NCBI GenBank assembly: GCA_038087875.1
Contig: JAXLNO010003642.1
Location: 186,001-250,000 of the forward strand
Direction: 5' to 3'
DNA: 64,000 nucleotides
From: Malacoraja senta
Lineage: Eukaryota
Part shown: in pieces, positions 1 to 13,100 of the stretch
How the letters are laid out: each line of letters starts with the position of its first letter
Position numbering within the stretch: position 1 is the stretch's first letter
The notes under the pieces: generated by a model
The model's input: only the letters and a program-made list of their open reading frames with translations
Databases searched by the model: none
What the model was told of the DNA's origin: nothing
Translations under genes and position numbers: made by a program

Positions 1-1084
1 CTTCTGTCTGGACATGTTGCAGCCTTTCAAACTCAATTCCACATTCAACGAGTTGCATTCCCTGTCGATAAAAGAACTGGTCATTTCAACTGTTAAGTTG
101 AAGTCAAAAAGAACAGATGCAAGAAGTATGAAGCAGGATCCCAAGCTGAAAGATTACATAACCTTGTCTTCCAGATGCTGCCTGAGCCACTGAGTTACAC
201 CTGCACGTTTTTGTGTGTTTTTAAATTACAGTAAAGTTATCCACCTGCAAAATCAGGACAGCCTGACCTACTTGAGTAGTGCAGTATGTGCTGCATTTTA
301 TATAACTCTGTTTAGTTTCATGCATGCAGAGATGCAGTGAAATGGTTTGGATGGAACAGCAGATGCTGGACACCCCGTCCCTTCTCTCCAGAGATGCTGC
401 CTGTCCCGCTGAATTACTCCAGCTTTTTGTGTCTATCTGCAGTGAAATGGTTGTTCTGCATTCTCCCCAGTCAAGTCATACTGTACATAAGTACAATTCG
501 TCCTCTTCTGGAACAGCACGCAGAGATCCACCACATTCCAGTACTATCTTGCAGCTTTCAAGTCTCTGAGAAGTCTGATTTTGCCCTAAGGAAATACCCA
601 ATTTCTAATTTTCTCATGTTAAGGCCCAGTTTCATAACAGCACTGGATTGATGAAGTTGAGGCGCCTGCCTCAGTTTAGGTTTTTCTGTTTCAAGATTGT
701 GACCGAACCCTCGTCACTGGAACTGTGCCGCAGTGCCACCCATTACGTATCAGTCCCAATTATCTTTCAACATGCTGGAATCACTTTTTTAAAATCCTTT
801 TTAGACTTTTTTCATGAATTGTTCAGCATAAACAGTTATGCTACAACAAAGTTAAGCGCAGCTACCACTTAGTTCCAGAGACGTAACAACACAAGAGATA
901 GTGTTGGAAGAATGATCAAACTCACACATAGTGGTTATTAGTAACTTTGCAGAGGAAACACAAGGTGCTTTCTTCTCAGCATGCTTACTACCAGTCTACC
1001 AGAGAGAGAGCTGTCTACTAAGCCTGTGGGCGGAGCCACAGTATGAGTGACACTAATCTACAGATAGGCACAGGGATAAGTTTC

Positions 1085-1375
1085 GGATTATTATTGTCAC
1101 GTTTAGTTTCGAGGTACAGCATTGAAATAGGCCTTTTGGCCCACTGAACCTGTGCTGACTAATGACCACCCAAATATTAGTTCTATCCTACACACTAGAC
1201 ACAATTTACAGAAGCCAAAAAACTTACAAACCTGCACGTCTTTGAATGTGACGGAACTGTAGCACCCGGAGATAACTCACATGGTCACAGGGAGAATATA
1301 TGAACTCTATATAGACAGCACCCATTGTCAGGATTGAACTTTGGTCTGTGGTACTGTAAGGCAGCAACTTTCTAG
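1085..1375 (-). mobile_element. tRNA-head SINE, degenerate (shark/ray HE1-like type)
   Basis: Matches the reverse complement of the SINE found many times in the window (ggcagcaac...gtcaggattgaac...gggagaat...caaacctgcacgtcttt...gtttagttt tail). Boundaries approximate. Confidence 0.6.
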
Positions 1376-2638
1376 GTAGTTGCATGCTATCCAATTGGAT
1401 GAGATAATAACATACATATATATGATCAAGTCAACTCAAGTACTGAAGGTAGAGCAAAGGGGAAGGTACAGAGTGTGGCATATAGTTCTCAGCAATGTAG
1501 CACACCAGTTCCATTAGATAAGGGTTTCGACACAAAACGTGACACATTCCTTCTCTCCAGAGATGCTGCCTGACCCGTTGAGTTACTCTAGCATTTTGTG
1601 TCTATCTGCGGTTTAAACCAGCATCTACAGTTCCTTCCTACATAGTTCCATAAACAAAGTCCACTGTCTGTAATGGGGTAATGGTCAATTGGACAGTACC
1701 CTAGCTTATGGAACGATCATTCAGAAGCCTGATTTTCTCCTCAGTTATCAAGTAAGCCATTTGGTCCTCTAACCTGCCCACCATTCAATATTACCATGGC
1801 TGACGTTCCTCAGGCATCACTCCTGTTCGGTGCCAGTTCCTCATTGCACTCAATTCTCCAATCTTTCAAAAGTTTAACTACCGCCATCTTAAATGCTTCC
1901 AATGATTTTGTCTTCACAAATCTCTGGAGCCAGAGAATGACCATACTCTGCAAAAAGAGATTTTGTAAACAAATGACTGGTCTCTTTTATCTCTTATTGA
2001 AGAGGAGTGAAAATACTGCCAATTTTAAGCTTGTCCCCGCCCCAATTGGCCCTCATTTCGTAAATTGTCAATTATTTATTATTGTCAATAATGTGCCCTA
2101 GTGAAAAGATTTGCTGTTGGTATTAGTTTATTATTGTCACGTGAACTGAGATATAGTCAAAAGTTTGCCTGTGTGTTATCCAATCAGATCATTCTTCACA
2201 TGTGCAATCAAGCCATTCACAAGTAGATCAGTGCAAAGAGTAAAATATTCAGAGTGCATAATATCGGTTTACAATATCATAGCATTACAGTTACAGAGAA
2301 AGTGCAGATCAAAAAGAGTAGCAAGGATCACAATGAGATTGGTTGGAAGATCAGGGCAACATCTTATCTTACATGAGAATCATTCAGTAGTCCAATAACA
2401 GCGGGGAAGAAGCTGTTCCTGAATTTAATGGTACGTACTTCCAAACTTTCTTGTGTACTGTCTTAACAGGGAGGGTACGATCCCTTTTAAACCACGTGTT
2501 TGGTTGATGGTGACGAAAGAGGCAAAATGGGCCAGATGCGGACAGTAACTTGGTGGTTGTAGTAGACTGAAGAATATTTTGTGATGGGTGACTGCCCGTT
2601 TTACTGAAGGTGAAAATAACCATCTTACTGTCTTGTAG

Positions 2639-2905
2639 TTTCCCCTGAGGTCACTCTCGCTGCCCGCCCTGATGATCATTCAGTCCTGTACTGCACTGTG
2701 TTTGGATTTTACCCACCGGCCATCAAAGTCAGCTGGTTGCAGAATGGTCAACATGTCTCTGAGACCAAATCTTCTGGGGTCATACCCAACAACGATGGAA
2801 CATATCATCTAAGGTCTGTCCTTGAGTATGATCCGTATGATGGGAAACAGTATTCCTGTCATGTCGATCACAGCAGCCTGCCCGGTGGGAAGACCATCAT
2901 CTGGG
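2639..2905 (+). CDS. MHC class I-like heavy chain gene A, alpha3 (Ig-C1) exon
   Basis: Acceptor tcttgtag ends 2638 and donor GTAAG starts 2906. The 267-bp phase 1-1 exon reads (V)SPEVTLAARPDDHSVLYCTVFGFYPPAIKVSWLQNGQHVSETKSSGVIPNNDGTYHLRSVLEYDPYDGKQYSCHVDHSSLPGGKTIIW. It has the C...GFYP...W...PNxDGTY...YxCxVxHxSL signature of class I alpha3. Confidence 0.88.
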
Positions 2906-2980
2906 GTAAGAACGTTAAATATTCTTTCATAGATAATCATTATCTTCTGTTGTTTCCATTTTAATCATTGTGACTACATC

Positions 2981-4024
2981 TAGGTATGTTACAAAACTTA
3001 CCTTCAGCGGCGCTGCAGTTCTGTCACTGCCCGTGTGCGCGACTTTGGCGCCTTTGAGAGGGGGGCGGGTTTAAAATGCGATATTTCGGCAGCCTGTTCT
3101 AAATGATCTTGAACAGGCTAAATAGTTGATGAAGAAAAATCGCTTCGACTGCCGTTTTATTAAGTTTATTAATATTAGCGCTTTATAATTTAATTGTTGG
3201 AGTAAAATTAAAATCATCTTCAAATGCCGTAAACGCCGACAACGGGGACGGATTCCACGCACGGGACAAGGCAAGGTACACCATTTATTTTTTCATATAA
3301 ACTTGCTTCTTAGGATGCCTTTAATAAAAAATTTAAGTTGCGAAAATGTGATTGTTTAAACATACCAACCGGCTGTATTTTTTCTGCCGATATTGGGGTT
3401 TAATTCAGTGCAACCGCAACGTTCCAAACCAGCGCGTTCCACAAAAACCCACTTGCAAGATGATTTAAATGGCCATTAATTTACAGGAATTAAACACTAA
3501 ATTCCTTCCATTTGGCCTATAAATTAATGACAATGAGATTTAAAAATAATGTTTTATTGTGAATTCTTGTGTGAATGTTATTTGGACACTTAGGCTTTTT
3601 AAAAATGTTAACTTTTTCTTAAGAAATGGATAGATATTTAGATCTAGTAATTGAATTTTGTAATTAGCTACAAATGGGTAACTAACTAATTATATGCTTT
3701 AATTTCAGGTCATCCAAGTAAGATTGTTTCATATTTGTTTCAGAATGCTTCAATCTATAATAACTGAAAATTTCATTAAGTTCTCTTAATTTTTAAGAAA
3801 GTTATGGGCTTTTGACTGTCCTTGATCACAGCTTTTGTGTTAAGTCAATGGAAAAGCAATAGGGAACAAGATGCTAATTTCCGAGTATGAAAATTGCCAA
3901 ACTTTTTTAATACAGAAGATATGAAAGTGAATTAGGTGTCAAATTAAACTTCTTTTTATGCTTTATCTGATGGGATAAATTGCAGACTTGATTTTTAAAA
4001 TCTCAAAATTTTGTGACATTGCTA
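2981..4024. mobile_element. Non-autonomous DNA transposon, Academ-like termini
   Basis: Imperfect TIRs (TAGGTATGTTACAAAA versus reverse complement TAGCAATGTCACAAAA) and a 4-bp TSD CATC at 2977-2980 and 4025-4028. No ORF. TAG...CTA ends with a 3-4-bp TSD fit Academ. Confidence 0.55.
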
Positions 4025-4334
4025 CATCCCATGTAGTACATCCCATATTCCAAGATGCTTAAACTTTCTTTGTTTAGTGGTGTTGCTCTAAGTAATCACG
4101 TAATCAGCACCCACTCTCCACATGAGCAGAAGACTTTGTCAACAGAAAATTTATTAAAATTAAGTAAATAAATAACTAATATACAAGGAAGGAGTATTTG
4201 GGATTCTCAGTGGTGGAACTGATATCCATGAAAGGTATGTTTAAATAAAAAATGAATCTTTCCTCATGATGTGATGAACAGCAAGGCACTGGGGGAGTAC
4301 ATGCCCCAATCTGAATCAATAGTCTGAAGTGGAA

Positions 4335-4760
4335 ATGATTGAGAGCTTCGTGTTCCTTGGCATGAATTTATCCAATATTCTGTCATGGACTGGCCACATA
4401 GCCAAGGAGGCACACCAACACCTCTACTTCCTCAGGAGACTGAGAATATTCATCATGTCTCTGGTGACTCCAGCAAACATCTATAGATGCTGCTAGAGAA
4501 AGCATGTTGTTGGGTTGCATCACATCTTGATTTGGGAACTGCACTGCCCAAGACTGCAAGAATATACAAAGAGTTAAAGATCATCACACAGCCCAGACTT
4601 CCCACTATTGACCCAATCTACACCAGGTTGCCTTGGAAAACGAGACTTATCACACCTTTCTCACATTCCTCCTTCCTGCTCCCATCAGGCAATAGGTACT
4701 GAAAGTTGAAAATAAGCACTGCCAGACTCAGGAACACCCCCTTTCCACCTGTTAACAGGC
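4335..4760 (+). mobile_element. Rex1/Babar-type LINE 3' fragment, degenerate
   Basis: Encodes a decayed AHQHLYFLRRLR motif, matching the ARQRLYHLRQLRKF segment of the Rex1-like element at 62.4-63.9 kb. Confidence 0.5.
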
Positions 4761-5480
4761 TTCAGAAGGGTCCTTCCATAATGTAGGTTTAATGCCCGAT
4801 TCACCTCAACCTCATTTAACATTGAACATTGTCGATGGAACTGATGTGTTACAATGCTGAGAACTATATTCTGTACTCTGTATCCTCCTCTTTGCTCTAT
4901 CTATTGTTTTTGAGTTTTTTATTTATCTATAGTATTATCTAATTTGTTTGGATAGCATACAAAACAAGCCTTTGCACTGTATCTTGAAACATCTGACATT
5001 AATAAAACTAAACCTAATGAAGTAAGTTCCCTGAAGCAAGTCACAGCTTCTGCAACGAAAAACAACTGCCTGACAAACAGCGATCGTAGTTTGATTCGAG
5101 GTATGCTGCACTAACCTATACAAATGCTCACTTTTGAAGATTCCCTCGAACAATGCACAACTAAGGAATCTGATATTTCACTCTGAAGACTGTTGACATA
5201 CTCCAGAACATAATTTTCAACCTATCTATGTATCATCAGCAATCTAGGCTACAGCGCCACCAGTCCCTTCATCTGCTCTTAATACTAACGATAAGTAGTT
5301 CACTTTCTTGCATTGATTCCCATCCTGCAGTTGCAGTTTCCCAACCTGAACACTCCTTTAAGACAACTCTCTGCTTGCTCTTAATTGTTTTTCCATTCAT
5401 GCTAATTATTACCCCCAATGTCATAAGCCATGTGCCTTTGCATCACTTGATCAGATATCTTATGAAAATCCAGATATTGT

Positions 5481-5498
5481 GGCGACATCTGGTGGTCA
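5481..5498 (-). promoter_or_regulatory. Candidate CTCF-binding motif in gene A intron
   Basis: Reverse complement TGACCACCAGATGTCGCC is close to the CTCF core CCACCAGRKGGCGC, with one G>T. It lies in non-repeat DNA. Confidence 0.35.
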
Positions 5499-6695
5499 GG
5501 CCACTTATTGCTAGAACCCTCGTCAGGGGAGCTGGGACTATCACATGACAGTGTTTTGGTGGGAGTTGGTGATGAATCAGTCGCCAGTCAACTGGTGTGC
5601 CCGATTACAACGGCAGGAACTTTGCTCAAGTCCTTACTAAACACGAGTGTGCCAAAACTGTATTTCTTTAAAAAAACATTGATTTGTTCACGAAGCTTGG
5701 ATCTCTACAATATATTGTATTTCTTTTGTTTCTCATTCCAATTTTGTTACCTATTCTGCTTTTCCATCATTTTTTTTTTGAATTTTAGGCTGTGCACACC
5801 TGCAAACTACTGCTGCTCAAATATACATTGTCTACGGGTTCCTGTTGCATTTTCAAAGAATTCTAATCAATTTCTCAAACAAAGTTTGAAGAAGGGTCCG
5901 TAAACGAAATGTCACCTGTCCATGTGTAGGGAGAAACTGCAAATGCTGGTTTACACTGAAGATGGACACAAATTGCTGGAATAACTCAGCTGGTCAGGCA
6001 GCATCTCTGGAGAAAAAGAATAGATGATGTTTCGGGTCACGATCCTTCTGAATGAGTCCATGTTCGCCAGATATGTTGCCTATTCCGTTGAGTTACTCCA
6101 GCATTTTGTGTCTATCATGTATATTCTTTCCACTGACTGGTTAGCACGTAACACATGCTTTTCACTGTACCTCAGTACTCGTGACCATAAACTAAACTAA
6201 AGCTTTTGTGTAAATCAGTATCTGCATCTCTTTCTTTCTACAATGTTCCTGTTAATGCCCTGTTAATGCACTTTATTGTTTTGTTATTACTCAAATGTTC
6301 TGCCATTATTGAAAGGAATCCAGCATTTTCTCCTAAACAGATGTTAGTTTATATAGGGTTAAAGCTTTCTGCTTTCAATTCGCCTTCTTTCATGAATTAA
6401 GTTGTGGCTGTGATGGTGCCACAGATCATAGAGTTGTACAGAACAGATATTGTCCCTTTGCCATGCTGCAGATCTCCGTGATTCAAAACAACATATTTAT
6501 ATATGTTGAAAAGTGCCAAAGATAGACACAAAATGCTGGAGTAACTCAGCAGTCAGGTAGCATCTCTTGAGAAAAGAAATAGGAGGCATTTCGGGTCGAG
6601 ACCCTTCTTCACCCTGAAGTCTTCAGACAGTGCCAATCTATTTAGCTGCAAAGCTTAACAAATGATATGTAAAATTATGCATTCTTATTTTTCAG

Positions 6696-6802
6696 AAGGA
6701 AATAGGAAGAAAGACAGGCACATAGGCCTCATTGCCGTGTGTGTGCTGATATTGCTGGCTATTGTCTTGGCAGTAATTGTTTGGTGGAGAAAAAGAGGAG
6801 AG
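6696..6802 (+). CDS. MHC class I-like gene A, connecting peptide/transmembrane exon
   Basis: Acceptor attttttcag ends 6695. Phase 1 joins the alpha3 exon (W-E). It reads EGNRKKDRHIGLIAVCVLILLAIVLAVIVWWRKRGE, a 22-aa hydrophobic stretch followed by basic residues. Donor GTAAG starts 6803 (phase 0). Confidence 0.8.
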
Positions 6803-7059
6803 GTAAGATGGAAAAATTGTGATGTAATTGTTGCTAGTAAAGGTATTGGGCTTGAAGAAATGATCGATCTCAAGTAGGATAAGGCAGCAGCTACACTTCA
6901 AATGCTTCGACAGTCACCACTGTCAACTAGCCTTTGTGCTGTTGTTAAATGTTTCTGATGATCAGATATTTGAAAATTGTGAATTCAGTGTAAGAAAAAA
7001 AGTTAAACATTATGGATTCACTGCACCAAATCCTAGAGATATCATTGAGTCATTAAAAA

Positions 7060-7345
7060 GTACAGCATGGAAGCAGTCCTTTTGGCCCACCGAGTCCATG
7101 CCAACCACCAACCACCTGTTCTCATGAATTCTATCTCATTGCACCTTCTCATCCAGTCACCCACCCACTAGGGGCAATTTACAGTGGCCAATTAAACTAT
7201 AAACTGACACATCTTAGGATGTGTGAGGAAACCGGAGCCCCTGGAGGGATCCAATGCGGTTACACGGAGAACGTGCAAACTCCACATAGATGGCACTCAA
7301 GGTCAAAATTGAACCCGGGTCTGGTCGCAGTGAGGCAGCAGCTCT
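7060..7345 (-). mobile_element. tRNA-head SINE
   Basis: Same SINE family (gaacgtgcaaactccacatagatggcac...aacccgggtc). Boundaries approximate. Confidence 0.65.
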
Positions 7346-7439
7346 ACGAGTTGTGACACTGTGCTGCTCTGTTGGGGGCTCGCACTGTTCATGATCCAAG
7401 TCAGTTACGAGGCAGATTGGTTGCAGTTTAACATTTACT

Positions 7440-7735
7440 AGTTTTGTTTAGTTTAATTTAGAGATACAGTGACGAAACAGGCCCTTCGGCCCATCGAGTC
7501 TGCGCTGACCAGTGATCCACGCACATTAACACTATCCTATACACACACACACACCATGCCAATTAACATACATACCTGTACGTCTTTGGAGTGTGGGAGG
7601 AAACCTTAGATCTCGGAGAAAACACACGCGGTCATGGGGAGAACGTACAAACTCTGTACAGACAGCATCAGTAGTCGGGATCGAATCCGGGTCTCCGGTG
7701 CTGCAAGCGCTGTAAGGCAGCAACTCTACTGCTGC
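7440..7735 (-). mobile_element. tRNA-head SINE, near full length
   Basis: (gttta)n tail, aacaggcccttcggccc, and a head with A/B-box-like ggttcgatccc and agtagagttgctgcc on the minus strand. Confidence 0.75.
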
Positions 7736-8267
7736 ACACAGTAGCCGCCTGCGTGGCAACTGTTGCTGGAAGACTCTATGTTTCTATGACTCAAAATTAA
7801 GTGGGAATGTGAGTAGTGGGAGAAATGGTTCAATGTGGAAAGTCGAATGAATGAGCAACAACATGACAGGTGGACTACAATGTGAAACAGGGCAGCACTG
7901 AGTCAGAGACCTTAATTAAATACCGACATCTGTGGAGTTTGCATGTTGTTCCTGTGACCATGTGCGTTTCCCCAGGTGCTCTGGTTTCCTCCCACATCCC
8001 CAAAACATGTTTTGGAGGTTAGTTGTCCCCTGGATTGTGCATGATACAATGTGGGGAGAGCTGATGAGAATGTAGGACAAATGTACATGAATGGTTGGTG
8101 CAGGTCAGTGGGACAAAGGCCATGTTTATCTATTTCCATGACTCTTTATGATGTAGATGCTGACTATTTTTGAATTATAAGATTGGAAAAGACTGTGAGG
8201 GATGGTGCTAGAGTAACTCAGCAGGTCAGGCAACATATAGGTGACATTCTGGTTCGAGACTCTTCAG

Positions 8268-8297
8268 GCAAATTACAATGGGTATTCCTCCGCTTAA
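8268..8297 (+). CDS. Candidate cytoplasmic/terminal exon of class I-like gene A (ANYNGYSSA*)
   Basis: Acceptor ctcttcag ends 8267, and phase 0 matches the TM-exon donor. GYSSA resembles the class I cytoplasmic GYxxA motif. ATTAAA lies at ~8365. The acceptor derives from a repeat, so this could be chance. Confidence 0.35.
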   Translation, partial: ANYNGYSSA

Positions 8298-8619
8298 GTC
8301 TGATAGTAGTGCACAGATGCACCTCAACCACTGACGTGCTCAACAAGTGCCCCAATGAGTTGAATTAAAGTATGTTTGGAGTAACATGCAGCAGTCCTTA
8401 AAATCTACAATTTCCTAAATCCCAAGAGAGCTGGATGATCAGGGTTTTAGTGTAAATTCAGTCATCTATATCACTGGTTTCTTGCCTGTGATCACACTGT
8501 TGTAAGATATATTCTGGTGATGAATTGCAGTTCACTTTCCTCTTGTGTAAAGGAGTTATTGTGTTGAATATAACAAGTGGAAGGGAAAGTCAGTGTAGGA
8601 TTTAGAGTTTGTATGTAAT

Positions 8620-8910
8620 GCAGCATGGTAGTGCAGCTGGTAGAACTGCCTCACAACGCCAGAGACCCAGGTTCAATCTGGACCTCGGGTACTGCCTACG
8701 TGGAGTTTGCACGTTCTCCTTGTGACTATGTGGGCTTCCTCAGGGAGCTCCGGTTTCCTCCCATATCCTAAAGATGAGCAGGTGTGCAGGTAATCATCCT
8801 CGGTAAGTCACCCTGGTAGTGTAGGGGGTGGATGGGAAATCTATTATGAATGGGCGATTGCTGGTTAGTATGGATTTAGCGGCACAAATGGCCTGTTTAC
8901 ACACTGTATC
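8620..8910 (+). mobile_element. tRNA-head SINE
   Basis: gcagcatggtagtgcagctggtaga...ccagagacccaggttcaat...ggagtttgcacgttctcc...tggcctgttt. Confidence 0.7.
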
Positions 8911-9639
8911 ACTGTTTTCAAGAGAGAGTTAGATTTAGCTATTAGGGCTAAACGAATCAAGGGATATGGGGGAAAAGCCAGATCGGAGTACTAATTTTAG
9001 ATGATCAGCCATGATTGTATTGAATGGCGGTGCTGGCTCAAAGGGCCGAATAGCCTATTCCTGCACCTATTTTTTTATGTTTCTATCTTTCTATTAAATA
9101 AACTATATCGGAAGACAGAAGGTATTGACTGATGCATCTTCACGCCAGCTGTAAATGTCATAAACTGAGAATTGATTGCAAATGTTATACAATATTATAA
9201 ACTAAACTGGGTGATCAAAATGTCAAGATGGATGAAGAGCAGAGTTTTCATTGAAATAACAGACGTGCTGCTTGCTCGAGCACTTGGCCTTGGTTGTGTA
9301 ATATTTCCTCTTCAAAATACAATGTTCCCTGGCATTGCTGGTCTGAGACACCATTCAGCAAGTATATTTCCTGAAACGGAGGTTCTGCTTTCATGGTATC
9401 AAGATGTCTAACAGCTCCAGCACCCAGATCAGAACCAAACCATTTCTCACCTTGCCAAAACTAAGAATGCAGCAACAATTTAGTCATTGAACATCAACGA
9501 CATGCATATTTGAACTGAGGCAATGGTTAGCTTATTATCACTGGAAACCAGTCATGGTCATGGGTCTGCCATTGTGGTCACTATTAGTGAGGGTGATTAA
9601 CTATCATTTAGCAGGGAAACGGAAAAGAATTGGCTTTTC

Positions 9640-10188
9640 AAGCCCACGGAGCCATAGAGTCATACGGCATGGAAATGGGCCCTTTGCCTCAACTTGGCCA
9701 TGTCAACCAAGATGCCATGTTTGAACTACTACTTTCCTGCAATTGACCCATATCTCACTGAACCTTTCCTATCTACAGTATGTACCTGTCCAAGTGTGTT
9801 CTAAAATGTTTTTTAATACCTGCCTCAACTCCTTCCCCTGGAATGTTCTTCCATATTTCCACTTCCTCTGGTTCCGAGTAACTCGTTTCCTTCTCACCTT
9901 AAACCTAAGTCCTCTGGTTCTTGATTACATAAGGCTGGTTAAAAGATTCTGTGCATTCAATCTATCTATGCTCCTTGATTTTATAAACTTCTATAAGATC
10001 ACCCCTCAGCCTCTTGCGTGCCAAGGACTAAAGTCCAAGCATTCTCATCCTCTCCCTGAATCACAGGCCCTGTTAATGACATCCTTCCGATAGTGGAGTG
10101 ACCAAAACTTAACACAATACTCCAAATGTGATCTCACCAACATCTTGTACAACTGTAGCAGAACATCCCAACTTTTTTATTCAGTACC
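9640..10188 (-). mobile_element. CR1 LINE 3' fragment, degenerate
   Basis: Contains tactccaaatgtgatctcaccaacatcttgtacaactg, the antisense of the CR1 LYxxLVRxHLEY segment seen in better copies. It is interrupted by the L1. Confidence 0.55.
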
Positions 10189-13100
10189 TTTCTTTTAAAA
10201 TCTTTTTATTGTTTTTTTTCCAAAAAGCAAAAACAAAAATAAAACATAAAAAACAGAGCAAAAAGAATAATGATAAACATAACAATGGTATTGATACATA
10301 GGGATCAGGATTACATTAATAACAGGTATAAACTAATATGAGACCAGTGTCAAAATACCCAATGAATATAGACCTCTCCGTCTCTATGTAAATATAGTTA
10401 AATCTTTAAAAGGAAACATAAATGTTAAAAAAAAGCAAAGATAAAAAGACAAAAAGAAAAACAAAAAACAAAACAGAGCTAACTTATCTTTTGACATATG
10501 AGCTCTGTGAACCACCTTGAATTGTATCAAAGTGTGTCTTGCACACATTGAAGAGGTATTAACTAATTGAAGGATCCTCTCCCATTTCTCTATAGATAAA
10601 GAAATTTGGAGTTCTCTTTCCCAGTCATTCTTAATTTAATCAAATGTATCTATTTGTAATTTTCAAATCAACTCATGAATAGTCGTTATTAATCCTTTCT
10701 GATAAGGGTTCAACTGTAAAAAAAAATCCAAGATTTCGGATTGATGTGGTAGCGGAAAAAGGGGTAGTTCCTTTTGTCTAATTTGTAAATATCTAAAAAA
10801 GTGTGAATTAGGTAAGTTATATTTATTGGAGAGTTGTTCGAAAGACATAAAACAACACTCCAAAACAAATCACGAAAAGCTACTAATCCCTTCCTCTTCC
10901 ATAACAAAAAAACTTGATCAGTACTAGATGGTTGGAAGAGAAATTTGGATAAAATCAGATAGTCCAAAAAACTTATGAAATTGAAACCGTATTCGGAACA
11001 TATGTCTTATTATTGGGTTCATCATATATCTATTCAATCTCGTAATTGTAAAAGGTAACGAGGTCCCTAGAATAGAAGGCAATTATAGCCCTTGTAAGGA
11101 ATCACGTTCTAGGTTTATCCATCCAGGGCATTGGGTATCTTCTAAATCTTTTGTCCAAAATGTTAAATAACGAACATTGACTGCCCAATAGTATAGTCTA
11201 AGGTTCGGCAATGCCAAACCACCAACTTTTTTTGATTTCTGTAGGTATTTTTTACGTAGTCTGGCATTTTTATTCTGCCATATGTATGAAGAAATTTTAG
11301 TCTATAATATCAAAGAAAGGTTTGGCAATAAAAATTGGTATCGTCTGAAATAAATACAGCAATTTAGGTAAAATGAACATTTTAATAGCATTGATTCGGC
11401 CAATTAAGGATAAGGACATTGGTGACCATTTAGTGAACTGATGTTTAATATGGTCAATTAAAGGAATAAAATTAGCTTTAAATAAATCCTTGTGTTTCTT
11501 GGTGATCTTAATACCTAAATAAGTAAAACTTTCGGTAGTCAATCTAAATGGAAACTGTCCATAACTCGAAACAAAATTATATAATGGGAAAGCTCACTCT
11601 TACTAAGATTTAGTTTATAACCAGAAAAACTACTGAATTGATTAAGTAATGCTACTATTGCCGGAATAAATTTCTCAGGGTTAGAAATAAATAATAACAG
11701 ATCATCTGCATAAAGAGATAGCTTGTGTGTCTTATTCCCGCGGACAATACCAAAAATATTAGGGGATTCCCTAATAGCAGTGGCTAAAGTTTCCAAAGCA
11801 ATATCAAATAGTAAAGGACTTAAGGGACAGCCCTGTCTAGTACCTTGAAAGAGCCTGAAAAAAGGGGATCTCTGATTATTAGTAAATACAGAAGCCTGAG
11901 GTATAAGATATATCAGTTTGATCCAAGAGATAAATTTTGGACCAATCTTAACTTTTTCAAGTATATTGAATAAGTATTCCATTCTACTCTATCAATAGCC
12001 TTCTCGGCATCAAGTGAGATGACACTTTCTGGGGTTTTATTAGACGCTGTATATACAATATTTATTAATCTCGTAACATTAAAGAATGAGTAACGATTTT
12101 TAATAAAACCTGTCTGATCTTCAGAGATAATTTGCGGTAAAATCTTTTCCAATCTCATAGCTAATATTTTGGAAAGAATTTTAAAATCTACTTTTAACAG
12201 TGATATGATGTCACTTCAGTAGGGGCTTTATCTTTTTTTTTAATTAAAGAAATAGATGCTTCATAAAAAGATTGTGGTAATCTATTCCTTAAAAAGGCTT
12301 CTTTAAATACCTTGCATAGCCATGGAGACAATAAATTTGAGAAATGCTTTAAAAATTCTACTGTAAACCCATCTGAACCGGGAGCTTTACCAGAATTCAT
12401 TGAAAAAATTGCTTTCTGTATTTCTTCCGTGATGGGTTCATCTAACAACAGAGACTCATTGTATGGTAAATTTGGTAAGTTCAGTTTCTTTAAAAACTCA
12501 TGCATTATATTGGAATCAGTAGGAAAATCTGATTGGTATAGGGAGGTATAAAACTCCTGAAAGGATTTATTAAGTTCGTCATGGTCTACAGTTACTGTAC
12601 CATCCCGTTTACACACTTTTGTAATCTGACGCTTGGCCAACACTGCTTCAATTGATTAGCAAGTAATTTACCAGATTTTTCGCCATTTATATAAAATTGA
12701 GTTTTGGTTTTAAGTAACTGGTTCTCAATCGGTGATACTAATAACAAATCATATCTCAATTGAAGTTCAACTCTATTCTTATAGAGCTCTAAACTAGGAG
12801 CTTTTGAATATTTTGTATCAATTTCTTTAATCTCGTCAGCCAATGTGCGTATTTCTTTTTGTGTTTGTTTTTTTAATCCCGCGGAGTATGAAATAATTTG
12901 TCCACGAATATATGCCTTAAAAGCATCCCAAACTATACCATTGGATATCTCTTCATTAGAATTTGTCAAGAAGGCTCCAATACCAACTATAAATATGTGG
13001 ATTTCAAATATGTTTGAAACATTACACCTAGAAGAGATAAGACTCCTCCTAGCAGGTAAACCAGATCACTTCCACCTGACGTGGTCTGCATTTATAGAAT

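Noticed and set aside
324-2400. Short ORFs upstream of the gene A alpha3 exon as alpha1/alpha2 exons
   Set aside because: No class I motifs appear in any frame examined, and the DNA is mostly SINE/Penelope/CR1 remnants. The 5' exons probably lie left of the window.
2639-6802. Gene A as class II, B2M or W-category alpha chain
   Set aside because: PNNDGTY and the domain ends fit class I alpha3, and the TM lacks the class II glycine pattern.
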